NCBI GenBank assembly: GCA_046563655.1
Contig: CM102289.1
Location: 3,224,001-3,288,000 of the forward strand
Length of the DNA stretch: 64,000 nucleotides
DNA from: Yuukianura sp. NJ FZ-2021
Taxonomy: Eukaryota
Direction: 5' to 3'
The notes below the pieces were generated by a model. That model saw only the letters and a program-made list of their open reading frames with translations, did not search any database and was not told the origin of the DNA. Below, piece by piece: positions 1 through 13,291 of the stretch; position 1 is the stretch's first letter, and every line of letters begins with the position of its first letter. Made by a program: the position numbers and the translations under genes.

Positions 1-3000
1 TGATCTGGGATGAGAGTGTAACGGTGTAAGGGGAGAAGGTTATGATAGAGATGGGATTTTAAGAAGGTTTTTTCAAAAACTTGTTGGCGGTAAAAGCAAA
101 ATGTGGATGGATTTGAGTTTTTGAATTGAGCGCGCCCAAGGTTTTGGAATGTTTGAATTAATTCTGATCACGTTTTCAAATTGAGCCGGTTCTGCACCAC
201 CAAAGTCTTTTCCGGCAGCGAGATGTTAAAGCCATGGATTGTTGTCCATTAGTGTTGAGAGGAAATGGCGGCATTTTTGATTCGTTGTGCAAATATGGCG
301 GCAATTTTTGAAATTGTTCCAGGAAGGAACAAAATCTGAAGAACACAAAAAAAATTGAATCCAACTTTTCAAGCACATTACAAAATTATGCAAAAAAGTA
401 AAAGGAACCTTGGAATTTCAAAACTGAAATGAAAATGTTACAAAATTATAATTTTTATGTCCAAACTGATTGCACAAAAGAAGACAACGCAACGCGAAAA
501 ACTAAAGGAAATCAACGATCCGAAAAATCCGGGACAAAAACCCGGGTAATTTATTTTCTTACAAATTATGTGCAACCGTAACGCACCAGAAAAGCAATAG
601 AGCGGAAGCCTTTTCCCTAGTTCTGAGGAAAAGGCAAGCCTTCTAGATTCATTGTAATGGAAAAGAAGGTGGGCGGGAAGGATTAAGGACAAGAGAAATG
701 GAGGGAGCGGGAGATTCAAACTGTACAATAACAGCGACGGCGGCATTTTCTTTGGAACCGGGAGATTTTGAAAATTTTGTTCCTTTCCTTGTGTACGCTG
801 TGTAACGTAACAGGAAGGAAGCAGGGACCCTTGGACCCTTATTTTTTTTTTGGTACCGCTATTGACTGCGAGAGAAGAAAAAAGAGCGGGAAAAAGGAAC
901 AAAATATAAAATATGAAAAGAGAACTGAACCAATCTCTGCTGTCCAAAAGATGAAGATGAATGTCAAAACCCGGGTAGGGACAAAATCCGGGCTTTCAAA
1001 TCATAATTCCCTCTCTCCCTCGTACACAATACCCAACTATGGCCAACACTGCCACTATCACTATAGATGGACATGGAGTTTGGAAATGGACATGGAGATT
1101 AGAGATTCGAAATATTCTCCGTCGCGTTCGCTCCTCCATTACAATGATTTTCAATATCAAAGGTCAGTTCCAAATCCGATTTTTGTCACTGGAAAGATAA
1201 CACCCAATCTTCACCAGGCGGAACAAGGTTCCTTGACGATGAAAAATGAATTTGCTTTAACAGGTTGTGTACTACCTCGCTTGTTGGTAAAAAACTGGAC
1301 AAAAATTGTTGGTACCAATGTAAAATTTAAAAATTCTGTTTTTTTAATTGTTATGACTACGAATCCCCATGAAATGAAAGACACTCTTTCTCTCTCTCTG
1401 TCTTTTTTTGCAAAATCGAAAAAACATGAGTTATTACTCAACCTGTTGAAGAAAATCAAAGTCAACAAACCTTGAGGCGGACGAATTATACCCGGATTTT
1501 TCCCTGGGGCGTAAATTATGCCTCCCCCACTCTCAAACTTGTCAAAGGTGAGCCTGATGATTTGAATTTACTGTGTACGATTCCCGCTCTTTTTCTTCCA
1601 GCGTTCAATTTTATCCCCCCGTAACTCATCAGTTATGTCCGTGCACTTTTAGCATCCAAAAGTGAAAGTGAAAATGGGCTCGTTGGTCAAGTTGAAGGTG
1701 AAAGCAGAATCCTTTTAGTCTTCCCAATTCAAGATGCATTTGGAATTGGTTTCAGAGTGCAGGGCGGGACTTTTTTTTTTCAAAAAAAGGAAAAGGGCGC
1801 TTAAGTTCAAAATTGGTATTCTGGACGACTCTGGGGAAATGTGAAAGTTATACACGTTCCTTAGGACTTAGGAGCAGTGCATTAGGACAAAGTATGTGCA
1901 TGGAGAGAAAGTGGACAGGAGAGAGCAGCAGGAAGATGCAGTCACATTTTACAAATCCAATTTCCCCCGCCAAGCTCAAAATTCTTCCCGCACCGAAAAA
2001 AATCTAGCACGTCGTTGGTTCCCTCAAAAGCTCACGTGGATTGAGCAAAGAGTTTTCAAGGTTTTGAGTGAGCGTGGAAAATGGAATTGTCAACCAAATT
2101 TGAATTCACAAGTACCTCTTACTGAATCACCTTCTCTGCAGAGGTCAAAGGTCATCTGATTGAGCAAACATGCCTCAACTCCTAATCTTTATTCATGATA
2201 CTGATTGGCGAATTCGAAAACTAATCGCCAGACACCGTCTGATATTACTCAAAATCGTCTCTCGACGAAAATTTTTATAAGTTTTTCGTTTCTAATTAAA
2301 TTATTGGATCGTTTCTAGGCGGAACTACGAATGAGAAATTCACATTTTGAAAACTGTACGCCCTTTTCTTGTATCAGTTTCAAATTTAACAAAGTTTGAC
2401 CCATGACCAACCGAGTGACTTAATACCAATCTTTCTGCAGTGTCATTGGGAATCACAGTGATTCTTTTCGTTGGCAATTGGAAGTCAATGGTCGTCTTTG
2501 GCTTCATTCTTAATTCACGCCTTCGCAAGAAATCCAACCTGGTTAGACTTTGTTCAATCCACGACCTAATACATGATTCAGCAGAGGTGGTCATCAGGGA
2601 CACTCAGGTCAAGGCACAGGGCACTTTGATTTTTGACCCTTGACACAAAACTTTGGCAAGGCCAGAGAGTCATGTCATTAAATTTTAAATTTGACCTCAT
2701 GTCGTTGGTTTTTCCACTTTTAAATGTCAACGGACATGGACAACATTTTTACTCAACTCTGTTAGTGCCACAACTCGGAATTGCCCAAGCATGTTGTTCA
2801 AATAAGACAAACTCAAGCGCTGTTCATGTCACGTCCGATTCAAACTTTCCTCGTTTTTTTTACTTTTTTACATCATCGCTTGCATTTGAACTCAAACCAA
2901 ATATTTACATAAGAACGTGGGAAATAAGTTGGGTAATTATGTGGAAGAAAACACGAACAAGATACGCAGCTTGACTAAAATATGAAATTGAGTTTGAAAT

Positions 3001-4825
3001 TGCAATAATTTGATAATGAAAAAATCTCAACTTGCCCCTTCAAAAAAAATTAAACCCGCCATCCTTCGCTGGAAATCTTTTGCGGCAAGTTTGAATTGGA
3101 AGAACTTTTTTTTTTAAAGCAAAAGGAAAGAGAAAATGTGCTTTCTCTCCTGTTTACTTTCCCTCCCTCTGCACGACTGGCATCGCTCTGCCATTTTTTA
3201 TTATCTTTGCATTTTACGTCGCCTAAGGCTTTTTTTGAAAAAGATTTAATGAGATTTTTTGGCGCGCATGCGGCAGTTCAACTCTTCCCTCTGCTTCTTA
3301 CATTCACTTTTAGGTTTTCCCGTTATAAGATTTTTTCTTCTGAGAGAATCCAAAATTGGGGCAAGTTTCAATTAGGACCGCGGCAGAGCAAGGGAGGTTG
3401 CCGGAGCTTGTTCAAACTTTTCTAAATTAAATCATTTCAGTTCCCTTGGCAACAACTACTCAAAAGAATGTCCAACACATTTTTAATTTGAAGAACCACA
3501 TGTTCGTTCACTGTCTTCAAAAACAATAAGGAAAACCCGCCAAACGAAATTATTCCAAAATGTCACGCTATTTTTTTTTAATATGAAAACACCCTCATAT
3601 TCTAATTTGACTTTAATGTTACATTTTGGTTTTGTTGTGCAAATTTTCACACCTTTATTTCTTTTTTTCCCGCAAAACTCTAAACCTACCTATAAGCTTG
3701 AAGCTTTAAACTCAATTTTTGTGATCTTTTTTGCAAATCCTCACAAGAGGATAACGGTTTCCCAATTTTGCAAATTCCTTCTTAGCAAACACAAGGGAGT
3801 GGAAAATGAGCTTATTTGAGCTAGAAAGAAGATTTGACTTTCTTCTTTGAATTTCCTTTGGCTGACAGGACCTAAATCCCAAGTAAACCTGTTGTAGAAA
3901 GCTGCTAGAAAGTACATTATTTACACCATTTATTTATTCACAGCCACTTTCTCCTTTTACTAGGATACACACGCTGAAATACCACTTTCATGTTTCTTAT
4001 TTGTCCAAGACTTTAAGCTATGTGGAAACTTGTGCAATTTTGTTTAAAGCAAACATTTCTAAACAAAAGAAATTGTAGACAGAGGGAAGATCATTTTTTG
4101 TGTCTCGCTTTTGTTATTTGAGCAGACGGATCAATTCGGCGCTAGGAAAAAAGAAAGCAAACAACATTTGACAGAATTAGGTTATGAGCGCCACATACGA
4201 ACTCCATTCATCTTCATTCCTCTTTCAATTTCAATTGTACGCACGCTAGTCTCTTTTGGCATTCGAATCCCGCAACATCCAAATATTGCAAAACGTTTTC
4301 AAACAAAGACATTCCGTTTACAAAAGTAATTCCAAAACGTTTCCTAACAAAGGACGCTTGTTTACATCAACATTGAAGGTGTTCCAAATGTGTCTTTCAC
4401 ATTTTTTCTCTCTTGTAACTTTTCCATCTCATCTCTCATCCCGCACTGTGGAGTTTTTGGAGCTTATGGGTTTGTGCAGAGAAAGATGAAAGACACATTT
4501 GGAAGACACGATATAACGGTTTCAAGCCAAAATATGCAATTACAGAAATATTTCGAAACGTTCTTAAACAAGCTTGAAGGTTTGTAAGCTTTTTTAAGCG
4601 GAATTCAAACTCCGTGTGACCGACTGCTCAAACGTGTGAAGAAAAATACAATCGTTTATTTTGAAAAATAATGAAAATGTTCATTTCTGCAATTTTAATT
4701 CTAAACCGTGCCTTGGTTATACTTTAGGTTTAATATTTTGTAAATATTTTTTGAATAACATTGTTGAGATGAACAAATGAATGGCAGTCACTTTTCTTTG
4801 CTAATGGAACTGAGGTCAGCAGGGG

Positions 4826-5616
4826 TCAAGAGATGTAGAGGTCATTGAGGTCACCTGAAGACAACAAGTATTCAGCTGTTAGTCTAGAAATGTGCTGTCG
4901 TCGCATCTTGGTCTTTGTGTAGCAGTTGTTGTAGTTTTTGAAATATTCTTGGAGGTTCTTCCTCACTCCCATTTGAGTGAAAATGTATTCTTCAAATTCT
5001 TGTACAAGCCCCACAAACAAACTCAGGTTGGCCATTGGAGTGAGTGTCCAGTTAAACATTTTGATAAAGCGGTACATCGGTTGGAAGATGAACAAGTCAA
5101 TAGTACCTGCGATTAGGCTAAGCATGGAAATTTGTTGAGTCAAAAAATCTCCCAAGTAGATTCCAAGGTGGGTGGAGTAGACCCAATCGGCATAATTTAC
5201 AGGAATTCCAATAAACCAAAACCAGAACCAGTTCCACATGTCGACGACAATTCCTCCGATAACACCAACGTAACTGGCAATGTACAGAGTAATATCGACG
5301 CAAGTGAAGAATGTACTCAAATCTTTCAAAAACATTGAGTAGCCATCACACTCTTGCGGCAGATTTGGACTCTGGATTGGGAACTTCAGCAAATCCCGTA
5401 GAACAGCAATACTAAACATGTGAAAATTAAAATCAATTTTTTTTGACAACAAAGAAATTATTGCTTTTTGACTAGTACGCACCGTTCATGCTGTCGAGAA
5501 GTTTCTGGACGGTCATAAAAATTCGCGTAATTTTGAAAGTGTTGACCTGAGCAAGTGGCACATTGACTTAACAACAATGCTATCAGAACAAGTCGAGTCG
5601 TTGCTAAAGTTTTCAT
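4826..5616 (-). CDS. Orphan two-exon protein (239 aa) with signal peptide and hydrophobic Trp-rich segments
   Basis: Exon 1 5616-5483 (MKTLATTRLVLIALLLSQCATCSG..., signal-peptide-like), GT-AG intron 5482-5412 preserving frame, exon 2 5411-4826; total 720 nt = 240 codons including stop. No family recognised. Confidence 0.65.
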
Positions 5617-8600
5617 GGCCGGACAATACTTCGGAACCCACCATTGTGTACCAAAAGCTAGATACAAACTAAAGAACATCAAGCAAAGCGACCGCCGCTT
5701 TTGAGGAGGGCCAATAATTTGAGTGATGACTAAACTGGGTTGTGCCTTGTGACATAGTATGCAGTGTCATTTGACTAAAATATGTATTGATTGACTTGAA
5801 TTGTCCCACGGGTTTTATGGATCTGACGGGACAGAAAATTGAGAAACTTTTAAAGCTTCATTTCTTCCAATTTGCACATCATTTGAATTTCCATAGTTGA
5901 GAAAAAATCAGAGACGTAATTATGATTTATGTCTTAGAGTATCCCGTTCACTCGAGACGCCTCCTCCTTTTCACACGTTCTGAGCTAATTGTTCTCAGTT
6001 CGATAATTCCATTAATCAAACACATATTGTTCAAACTGCACCTCCAAAAAAAAGTTGTGTATTTAGTTGTAGCCCAAAGGGCACCGATTAAGTTCCAAAA
6101 ACCGAATTTAATTCAAATCTTGTACTCAACACACCTAACACAACCAGTATTTTTTGCAGACAACCTTAACATAGAAAAGCGTGTTCAAGTAAAACTCCAT
6201 TTAATTGTTCAAAGCGTAAAACTGTGGGGGTTTAATACTTGGAAAACTAAAAATAGACTTACATCCATAATACAATTGTGTGTCAAATCCATTTCCTAAA
6301 ATTTCAAAATAATTGGACTTGGACTACAACTTTCTGTCAATTACTTGAGAAACAGGAGTTACTGTTTTAGCTGGCATTTGAACTCAGAACAACTTTAAAA
6401 ATGAAATATTAGAAGATTAGTTTTTGCGCATGTCCAAAAAGCGACATGTACAAATTTAGCAGAAAAGAAGAGAAAACCTGCGAATTATGCATCTTGTTTA
6501 CCGGCAAGGAAGGCGGAGGTGGTTGAGGTTCCCGTCAAATCCGCGAGTTGATCTAAAATTCATTTTTGCATAAGTACCTGTTTCGAAATTCAGAACAGAA
6601 AGACACAAAAGCTTCCGGCCGCCTAATCCTCAGAAACGAATAATTCATTAGGCCCACAGTCCACTTTCTCCTGCAGCAGCTCCATCAGGACCAGGAAGCT
6701 TCTAATTTTTTTTTTTAACTTTGAGCCTTAAGTCTCAAACGGAATTCAACTCGTTTTCTCTTCCTCTGCTGCGTCAACGTCAAACAGAAGTGGATGTCTA
6801 AACAAGAAGCGCGGCTTTGTTCAAATTGAATTAAGGCTCAAAAGGGACCGGGAGCGGATAGGAGGCAATTAAAACATAATTTCCCATTCCATTGTCTCGC
6901 CTCTCATCCGAAACTAAAGAGACAGAGGCACACACTAAAACTCAGAACTTAGCAGATTCTCTCTCCAGAATGGAAAAAGAGTTTCATTTCCGGAGTTGTT
7001 ATAGTAACTGAGATTGGAGCTTGAGCCGTTTCATGTCCAAGCTCTACCATATTTTCAAAAACCTAACCTCAGTCATAGTCTACCCACGTTAACGTTACCC
7101 AGTCCAGACAAAGCTTAACTAACCTAACGTCAACTGTTCTCGGAGTTAGCTCACTATGGGCTCTACGACGTCCTAAAGATTAGAATGATTGCAACAAGAG
7201 AGAATTAAGATAAGCGCCAAAGATAAAACAAAAGAGACCAATCTCCAAATCTGCTTTCCCCAAAGTGAAAGTGGAGACTTTCCCCAAGTACTTTGTGGCA
7301 AATGGGCAAGAACTGCTGCTGCCCGGGCCGTTGCTGAAGACGAAACTTGAGAAACGAAGCTAGGAGCTACTTTTGCTTCAACTTTACTTTTTTTTTATGA
7401 AAATCGAACGCATGCGCTCTTCCCGCTTTCACTTTCCCTACACTTTCCCTTTTTCTAACCTCTCTTATTCGGTATTTGCCTTCCACAGAAGAACACCTCA
7501 GAACAAGTTTTGAGCCATTAGTTCAAACTTCAGCTTAGCATTCAAAAAATTTGGTCTTTTTGTTTAAAAAAAGATTTTTTCAAAATTTGGGTTTTCCAGA
7601 TTTGAATCTCTGAAAAATTGGAGTCATTAGAAAGCTTGAAGGCACCACAGGGACAGTTCGTGGCGGTTCATTTGAAAAAGGAAAAGTGCTGAATCCTGTC
7701 TTTTTGGGGAAAGTGAAAGGAGACATTCTTTACCACAGTGGGAAGCTTAAGAAGAAGGTGCAGGATTTTGATGAGTTGACAGATTAAAACGAGAGAAGAA
7801 AATCTCCAGATTTGCCCATCTCTGTTCTCGAGAAAACCAAGATTTGGTCGTTTCTGCCCTCGAGAAAACCAACATTTGCCCATCTCTGACTTCTAGAAAA
7901 CCTTTGGTCCTCTTACAGCCGGACTCAAGAGTCTCCTCTATTGTGTTTTCTATTGAAAGTAAAGAGTGAGCTTGTGAAAGTAAGTCTAAAAGAAACAATT
8001 GAAACTGGAAAGTATAAATCAAAGGGTAGAAATTTAGGAGAGGATAGTGAGTGGATTTCCAGTGTCTGAACTGAACACAAAAAAAAAGAAGCGGGAATAA
8101 ACAAAATAAAATTTAGTACCCACCGGAGTCCATCGCGTGTTGGGTGCGAAGTCAGAAGACAGAAATGAAACGTGCTTTGAATCCAACTGAAGAAGACGCG
8201 AAGAAAATACAAGCTTTCACTTTCACTTCTTCGTCATCGTAAGAAAAAAAAATCCTTCAGCTGAAACTCGTCACATTTTTACCCAAAAGTAACACAAATC
8301 AAAAGCAAAAGGTAAGACAAAGATATATTTTTTGAAAAAAAAATCAAGTTTTTTGAACTTTTCCTAAATTTTTGAAGTAACTAAATTAAGACCTAAAAAC
8401 AAACGGTGACTTAAGTTTCGAGTTTTACTGAAAGGTAAAAGGAGACTGTGATTACATCTTCCATTTGCATTGAAATGAACTTTGATTAAATTGAGAGGAG
8501 AAGCCTTCGAAGGAGAAAGGCTTATCTCCTAGTTTTTTAGATTTTTTTTGTGAAAGAAAGCGCGGGAAAAGCACAAAAAGTGAAAGTTCGCAGATTGACT

Positions 8601-10462
8601 TTTTCTAGCAAAGAAATGAGGACGTTGGAACCAGGGACAGTGTGGTGCTTCTTAAAGAAATGAAAACTAAAATTTTTTCTTTCTACTTTCGTTCTATTTC
8701 TTTAATGATACCAAATCGCCCGTTTCTTTGTCTTTTCTTAAAAAATAACTCAGAAGAAGTAAAAGCTAGTTTTAGTTTAGGGTATTTTTTCTTCCGCCTG
8801 CAGGTCTTCTTTCTCTATTCTTTTTCCTACGTTCAACCAGAACAATGCCCATGAATTTACATTAAGCAAATTATTTTTGGCTCGCATTTTTTCTTTAAAT
8901 TTTGGAAAACAACTTTTCCCCAGAAAAAAATGAACTTTTTTTTCCAAAAAATCTCAGCCTGCTTCAAACTAAATTGAGCAATTTAAGTTTTCTCGCAGCT
9001 TTCCTTTAAAAAGTTTTCGACTTTTCCGCTTCTCTGCTACTTCCATTTTTGGTTAGCACTCATTAGTGCTGGTAAATTCAAAACTTCTAAAAAATTTCCA
9101 TAAAATTCTCAAAAAAAACTATGAAAAGGTTCTATAACTTTGAATTGAAGGAGAGAGTTTGATATTCTATAGTTGGTTGTTTATTGATTTGGCCGTTTTT
9201 ATGAATATTAATCATCCACCTTCTATTTATTTAAAAGCTCCCGCTCCGCTCGCTTTTTGAATTCGCCTGATTTATTACTCTTGCTTTCTGTGCATGGACA
9301 CAAAGCCTGGTTTCTAGTTGCCAAAAAAACGCAGTGCAAATAATCCATTTTGCCGTTGGTGGGAGCGTTCAGTTGCAGAGAAAACAGAGTTGGGTTAGGT
9401 CCGTTCCATTAACTCACCTGCAACTTGCTTTTTCGTTGTTTGCTCTTGTTCAATAGAAAAATACTGTCTCGAAAACAAATTATGGACATCAATTGTGAGT
9501 GAAGTCTATACGGACAAATTGATCGCGGCGTAATAGAACTCTTTATTATCTAGCAATTTTTTTTTTCATTTTTTCTTTTCGGGGGAGAAAAATAAAATTT
9601 AGTGTTAGAGTTCTGTTTCTGTCGAAAAAGAGAAAATTCAATTGGATTGTGAAGTGGAGCAGGGCAACATTATTACGACATCATCGATTATTTGTAACCT
9701 CTTGGCTAAGAAAAACTCACTTCTAGCTCACCTCATTTTCTAATCCCGCCAAATCAAATATCGAAATTGGAAAAAAAGGGAAGAAGAAAATACAACTTAT
9801 TAAGAAGTTTAGAAAACTGAAATATCACTTCGCACAAGTTTTGAAAGCCAGCGCCATTCTCTGTTCTAATTTATTCATTGCTTTAATTTATTGATTAGCT
9901 GATTCTTAAAATTTAACATTTTCGCTTTTAAATATTCGAAACACGGCTCTTCAAGTTTTAGCGGAAGCCGTATTTGGACGTTTTCGTGAAACAACATCAA
10001 AGTTTTGTTGTTTAGAAAACGTCATGCTTTTGAAAAGTTTCCTATGTTTGTCTTAAGTCCAATAATTTAATTGGTCCTCAACAACGTAACTCAGCCCATT
10101 GCATGTCCAATGTCGGCACAATTTCATAACCACAAGACAATTCTTTGAGAAGGATTTTAATGAGCGCCAAAATTAAATTTGAAATGAAGCTTTGCCCGCT
10201 GATTCCCTCGGCTTTTTGAAACGTTCAAAATGTTACGTTTTATTTAAGCCCTTGTCAACCAACGTTTGTAAACAAAGAATCCCTTATAAGGTTGCGTATT
10301 ACCTCAAGTATTTTTAAATTTTGAAAAAAAGTTCACTTTTCTTGCACGCCTTCAAGAATCCGTTGTCATAACATTTTAAATAGAGAAATTCCAATTTTTT
10401 GAATTTTTTTTTAGATTTTTATTGCTTAGAAATGCTTCGCTTCCAGTAAGAAATAATATTAA

Positions 10463-11015
10463 CTAATAGAACTGAGTCGACTTTTTTAGTATCTTGTGTC
10501 TAGATTTTGCAGCTTCAAGCTTGAAATTCAAGTGTCTGATCCTGATGAACGTGCGTACACGAATGAATTTCTGAATAATTTCTGGTTCCATGTTTGAAAA
10601 TTCATTTGCGACGATTTTACTAAGTAATTGAATTACTCCAGGCTTCAAACTGATGAGATCCCCATGAAACCTGAGGAAACAGTTACAGGGAATTGAGTTA
10701 ATTTAACGATTTCCAAATTTTAAAGCTATTCTATGCTTTGTTGGTGTTTAGATACCTTCTGAAGTATTCATCCCATACTTCCGTCATTTGCAGAAATTCA
10801 GTAGAAGGTATTTTAAGCCTCCCCATTGATAAAAATTGGCACCAAGTTTTGGATTGACGGAAATCAGGTTCTTTGAATTCCAAATCGGGGTGATCGGAGG
10901 CTGCTTTTTTGAGCACGTATCCCGTTATGTATTCTAAGCCTCCTTGTTCACATTTGTCTGACAGACTAAGCCTTCTTTTGGATCTGCTTGTGAAATGTCC
11001 AAGATTTTCAGCGTC
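10463..11015 (-). mobile_element. P-element/THAP9-type transposase C-terminal remnant (two spliced exons)
   Basis: Exons 11015-10756 and 10670-10463 joined by an in-frame 85-nt GT-AG intron give ...GLEYITGYVLKK...WCQFLSMGRLKIPSTEF...FRRFHGDLISLKPGVIQLL...FIRVRTFIRIRHLN..., which matches the P-element transposase C-terminal pattern; AATAAA near 10420. No upstream exons or TIRs found. Confidence 0.75.
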
Positions 11016-13058
11016 CTGTAAAGATTTACACAGAACTTAAGAGAAGATGATTGGTTGTCAAGGAAGCTTGCTTGTCAACGGAGCTAACAATTCTCAAAGA
11101 ATCCAAACTGTTCCGACTGTCATTAAGTTTCGGAAATTTGAAAAGACCCGCTTTTCTGCAAAAGTCGAGAAGCGTGTCATGGCCTTGCTTTTGTCTCTAA
11201 CTTATTTCTACCATCATTCAAAAGTTACTGAAATTTGAATTGAGCTGCCGGGAGCTTTGTCTAATGGGTGTTACGCTTTCACTTTTCAAAGAAGAGTTGA
11301 CAATGACACTTTCGTCATTTTTTCTTCTCACTGTCACTTGTTTTCATTCAAAACTATAAGTTAACAACGCAAGAAAGGAGTCAGAGCTACAAAGGTCCGA
11401 CACAACGAAAGTCTCCTTTTGATTCCTTTATCAAATTTTCAACTCTCCCCGCCGACTTTCAAATTTTCATCATTTCCCGCCGTGCTTCAACTTTCCAACT
11501 TTCCCCGCCGTGTTTCAAATTCTACCAGCCAAAGCTAATAGTTATTCTCTCTGTCATTTGCTAGTGTCAAAGGGGTACATTTCAAATGAGACTGTTTTGC
11601 TTGAGGAAAAAAGCACAGAAGGCGCAAGTCATCAAAATTTGTCAAAAGAAAGTGTAGTACCCCCATCTTCCAAAATTCACTTTTTCTTCATGCTTTTACC
11701 CTGCACTGCTTCCATAGTGTCAACTTGGACTTTCTTTCACGCGCCTTTTCACTTGAAAAGAGAAAGCTTTTTAGACGTTGCAAGACTTGAGTTGACAGAT
11801 TGTAAATAGGAAAACAGGAGACCATAAATTCCGAATCTGAAAAAAAAAATTGAAAGAAATAGGGGGCTCCAGCTGTGGCAAACCGTTTCTTAGTTTCTCT
11901 TGCCAAAATTTTGAGATAGCCTTTCAGTATCTGAGTCCATAAACAATGGATCACAATTATCGTGAAAGGTTATCCAGAAACGGTAGAAAACAGTTTTCCA
12001 CGGTTGTCCACCTAGACGCTCTGCTCGACATTCGATAACCTCCATGCGTGTGAGCAAGATGATGAATTAGGGAGGTCATGGAAAATTCATGGTCGTTCAC
12101 AGCCAAAAAACAATGGCAAGAAACGGAGACCGTGACATCAATATAGACACTAACTCAGCAACACACCAAGTTTTTAATACCCGGGACTCGACACGTGCCG
12201 AGATGTCATGGGTCATGACATTCACTTAAACACAACAAAAATGTGGCAATTGATGGAATTCAGCATAACCTAATTTAAGTTAGTTAAGTTAAACATTATC
12301 TGACTTAATATTTTTCAACCATTTTGATTGCAGATACTAAATATCGTCTTTTATTTATGCTTGTGCCAATTTGCGGTATTTGATTTTTTGAGTTTGATTA
12401 CGAAAATTTTCTGCATGATTATCTGCACATCGATTGCTTTCTGAGTCAAGTTTTTGACGAAAAAGTAAAACTAAAGAATCCACCTTTTTACTTTTTTTGA
12501 TTTGAAACAATTGAATTTCCTTTTATCTTGAATTGTTTAACCATTTCTCTTTTCCTGCCCACTTTTCAATTGAAATTTGATCAAAATCTGTTTCCAATCT
12601 CTTCCAATTTTTTTCTTTCTTTCTTTGATATATTGAATTCGGTTTGGCCTTATTCTTTTCATTCTAAGCGAACCGGAACCTGGTTCCATCTGCCAAGAAA
12701 AAAGAAACAAATAAAGTTGAAAACTTCCACTTCATTGGTAATCGCCCATTATTGGATGATGAATAGATTATATTCAAATGCCAACTGAAGAGAGAACCTC
12801 CTACTTGGTCCAAAAAGAAAGTAATTTGATTCTTCAGGAAGATAATTCAGAAGCAGAAGGATAGCCTCTGCCCTTCTCTCCGTTTTGAGTCTGTGGTGCC
12901 TGGACACTCATGGACGGCCACCTTAGGACATAAATCATATGAACGTACTGAAAACTTACTTAAATTGTGCAAATCCGAACGATCTAGGTAATATTGACCG
13001 TCCGGGTCCACGAGAGAAATGCATTGGCAACATTTCTAAGTGACTGTCCATCACAATA

Positions 13059-13291
13059 CAGTAGCCTCTCCAACTTATTTCTTGTGCAAAGTACAAAACA
13101 AATAGCAATTGCACTACTCGGGGGTTAGAAAAGTACATTAGTCTGAGTTCAAATTGTCATTGCAAAATCCCCCATTTGTCATTTCATGTTTCATTTTGCC
13201 AGTTTACCGCCAGTGTAGGATGCTAGTTTTGTATTTGGCAATTGCATTTTGTTTTGTATTTTGCACATGAAATAAGTTGGAGAAGCTACTG
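13059..13291. mobile_element. Tc1/mariner-type MITE (233 bp)
   Basis: ~55-bp imperfect TIRs (CAGTAGCCTCTCCAACTTATTTCTTGTGCAAAGTACAAAACAAA... / reverse complement ending ...GGAGAAGCTACTG), flanked by TA on both sides; no coding capacity. Confidence 0.85.

Noticed and set aside
438..1475. Long ORFs 438-947 (-) and 768-1475 (+)
   Set aside because: Composition (K/F/N/S-rich) mirrors A/T runs; no motifs or coherent splice structure; likely chance.
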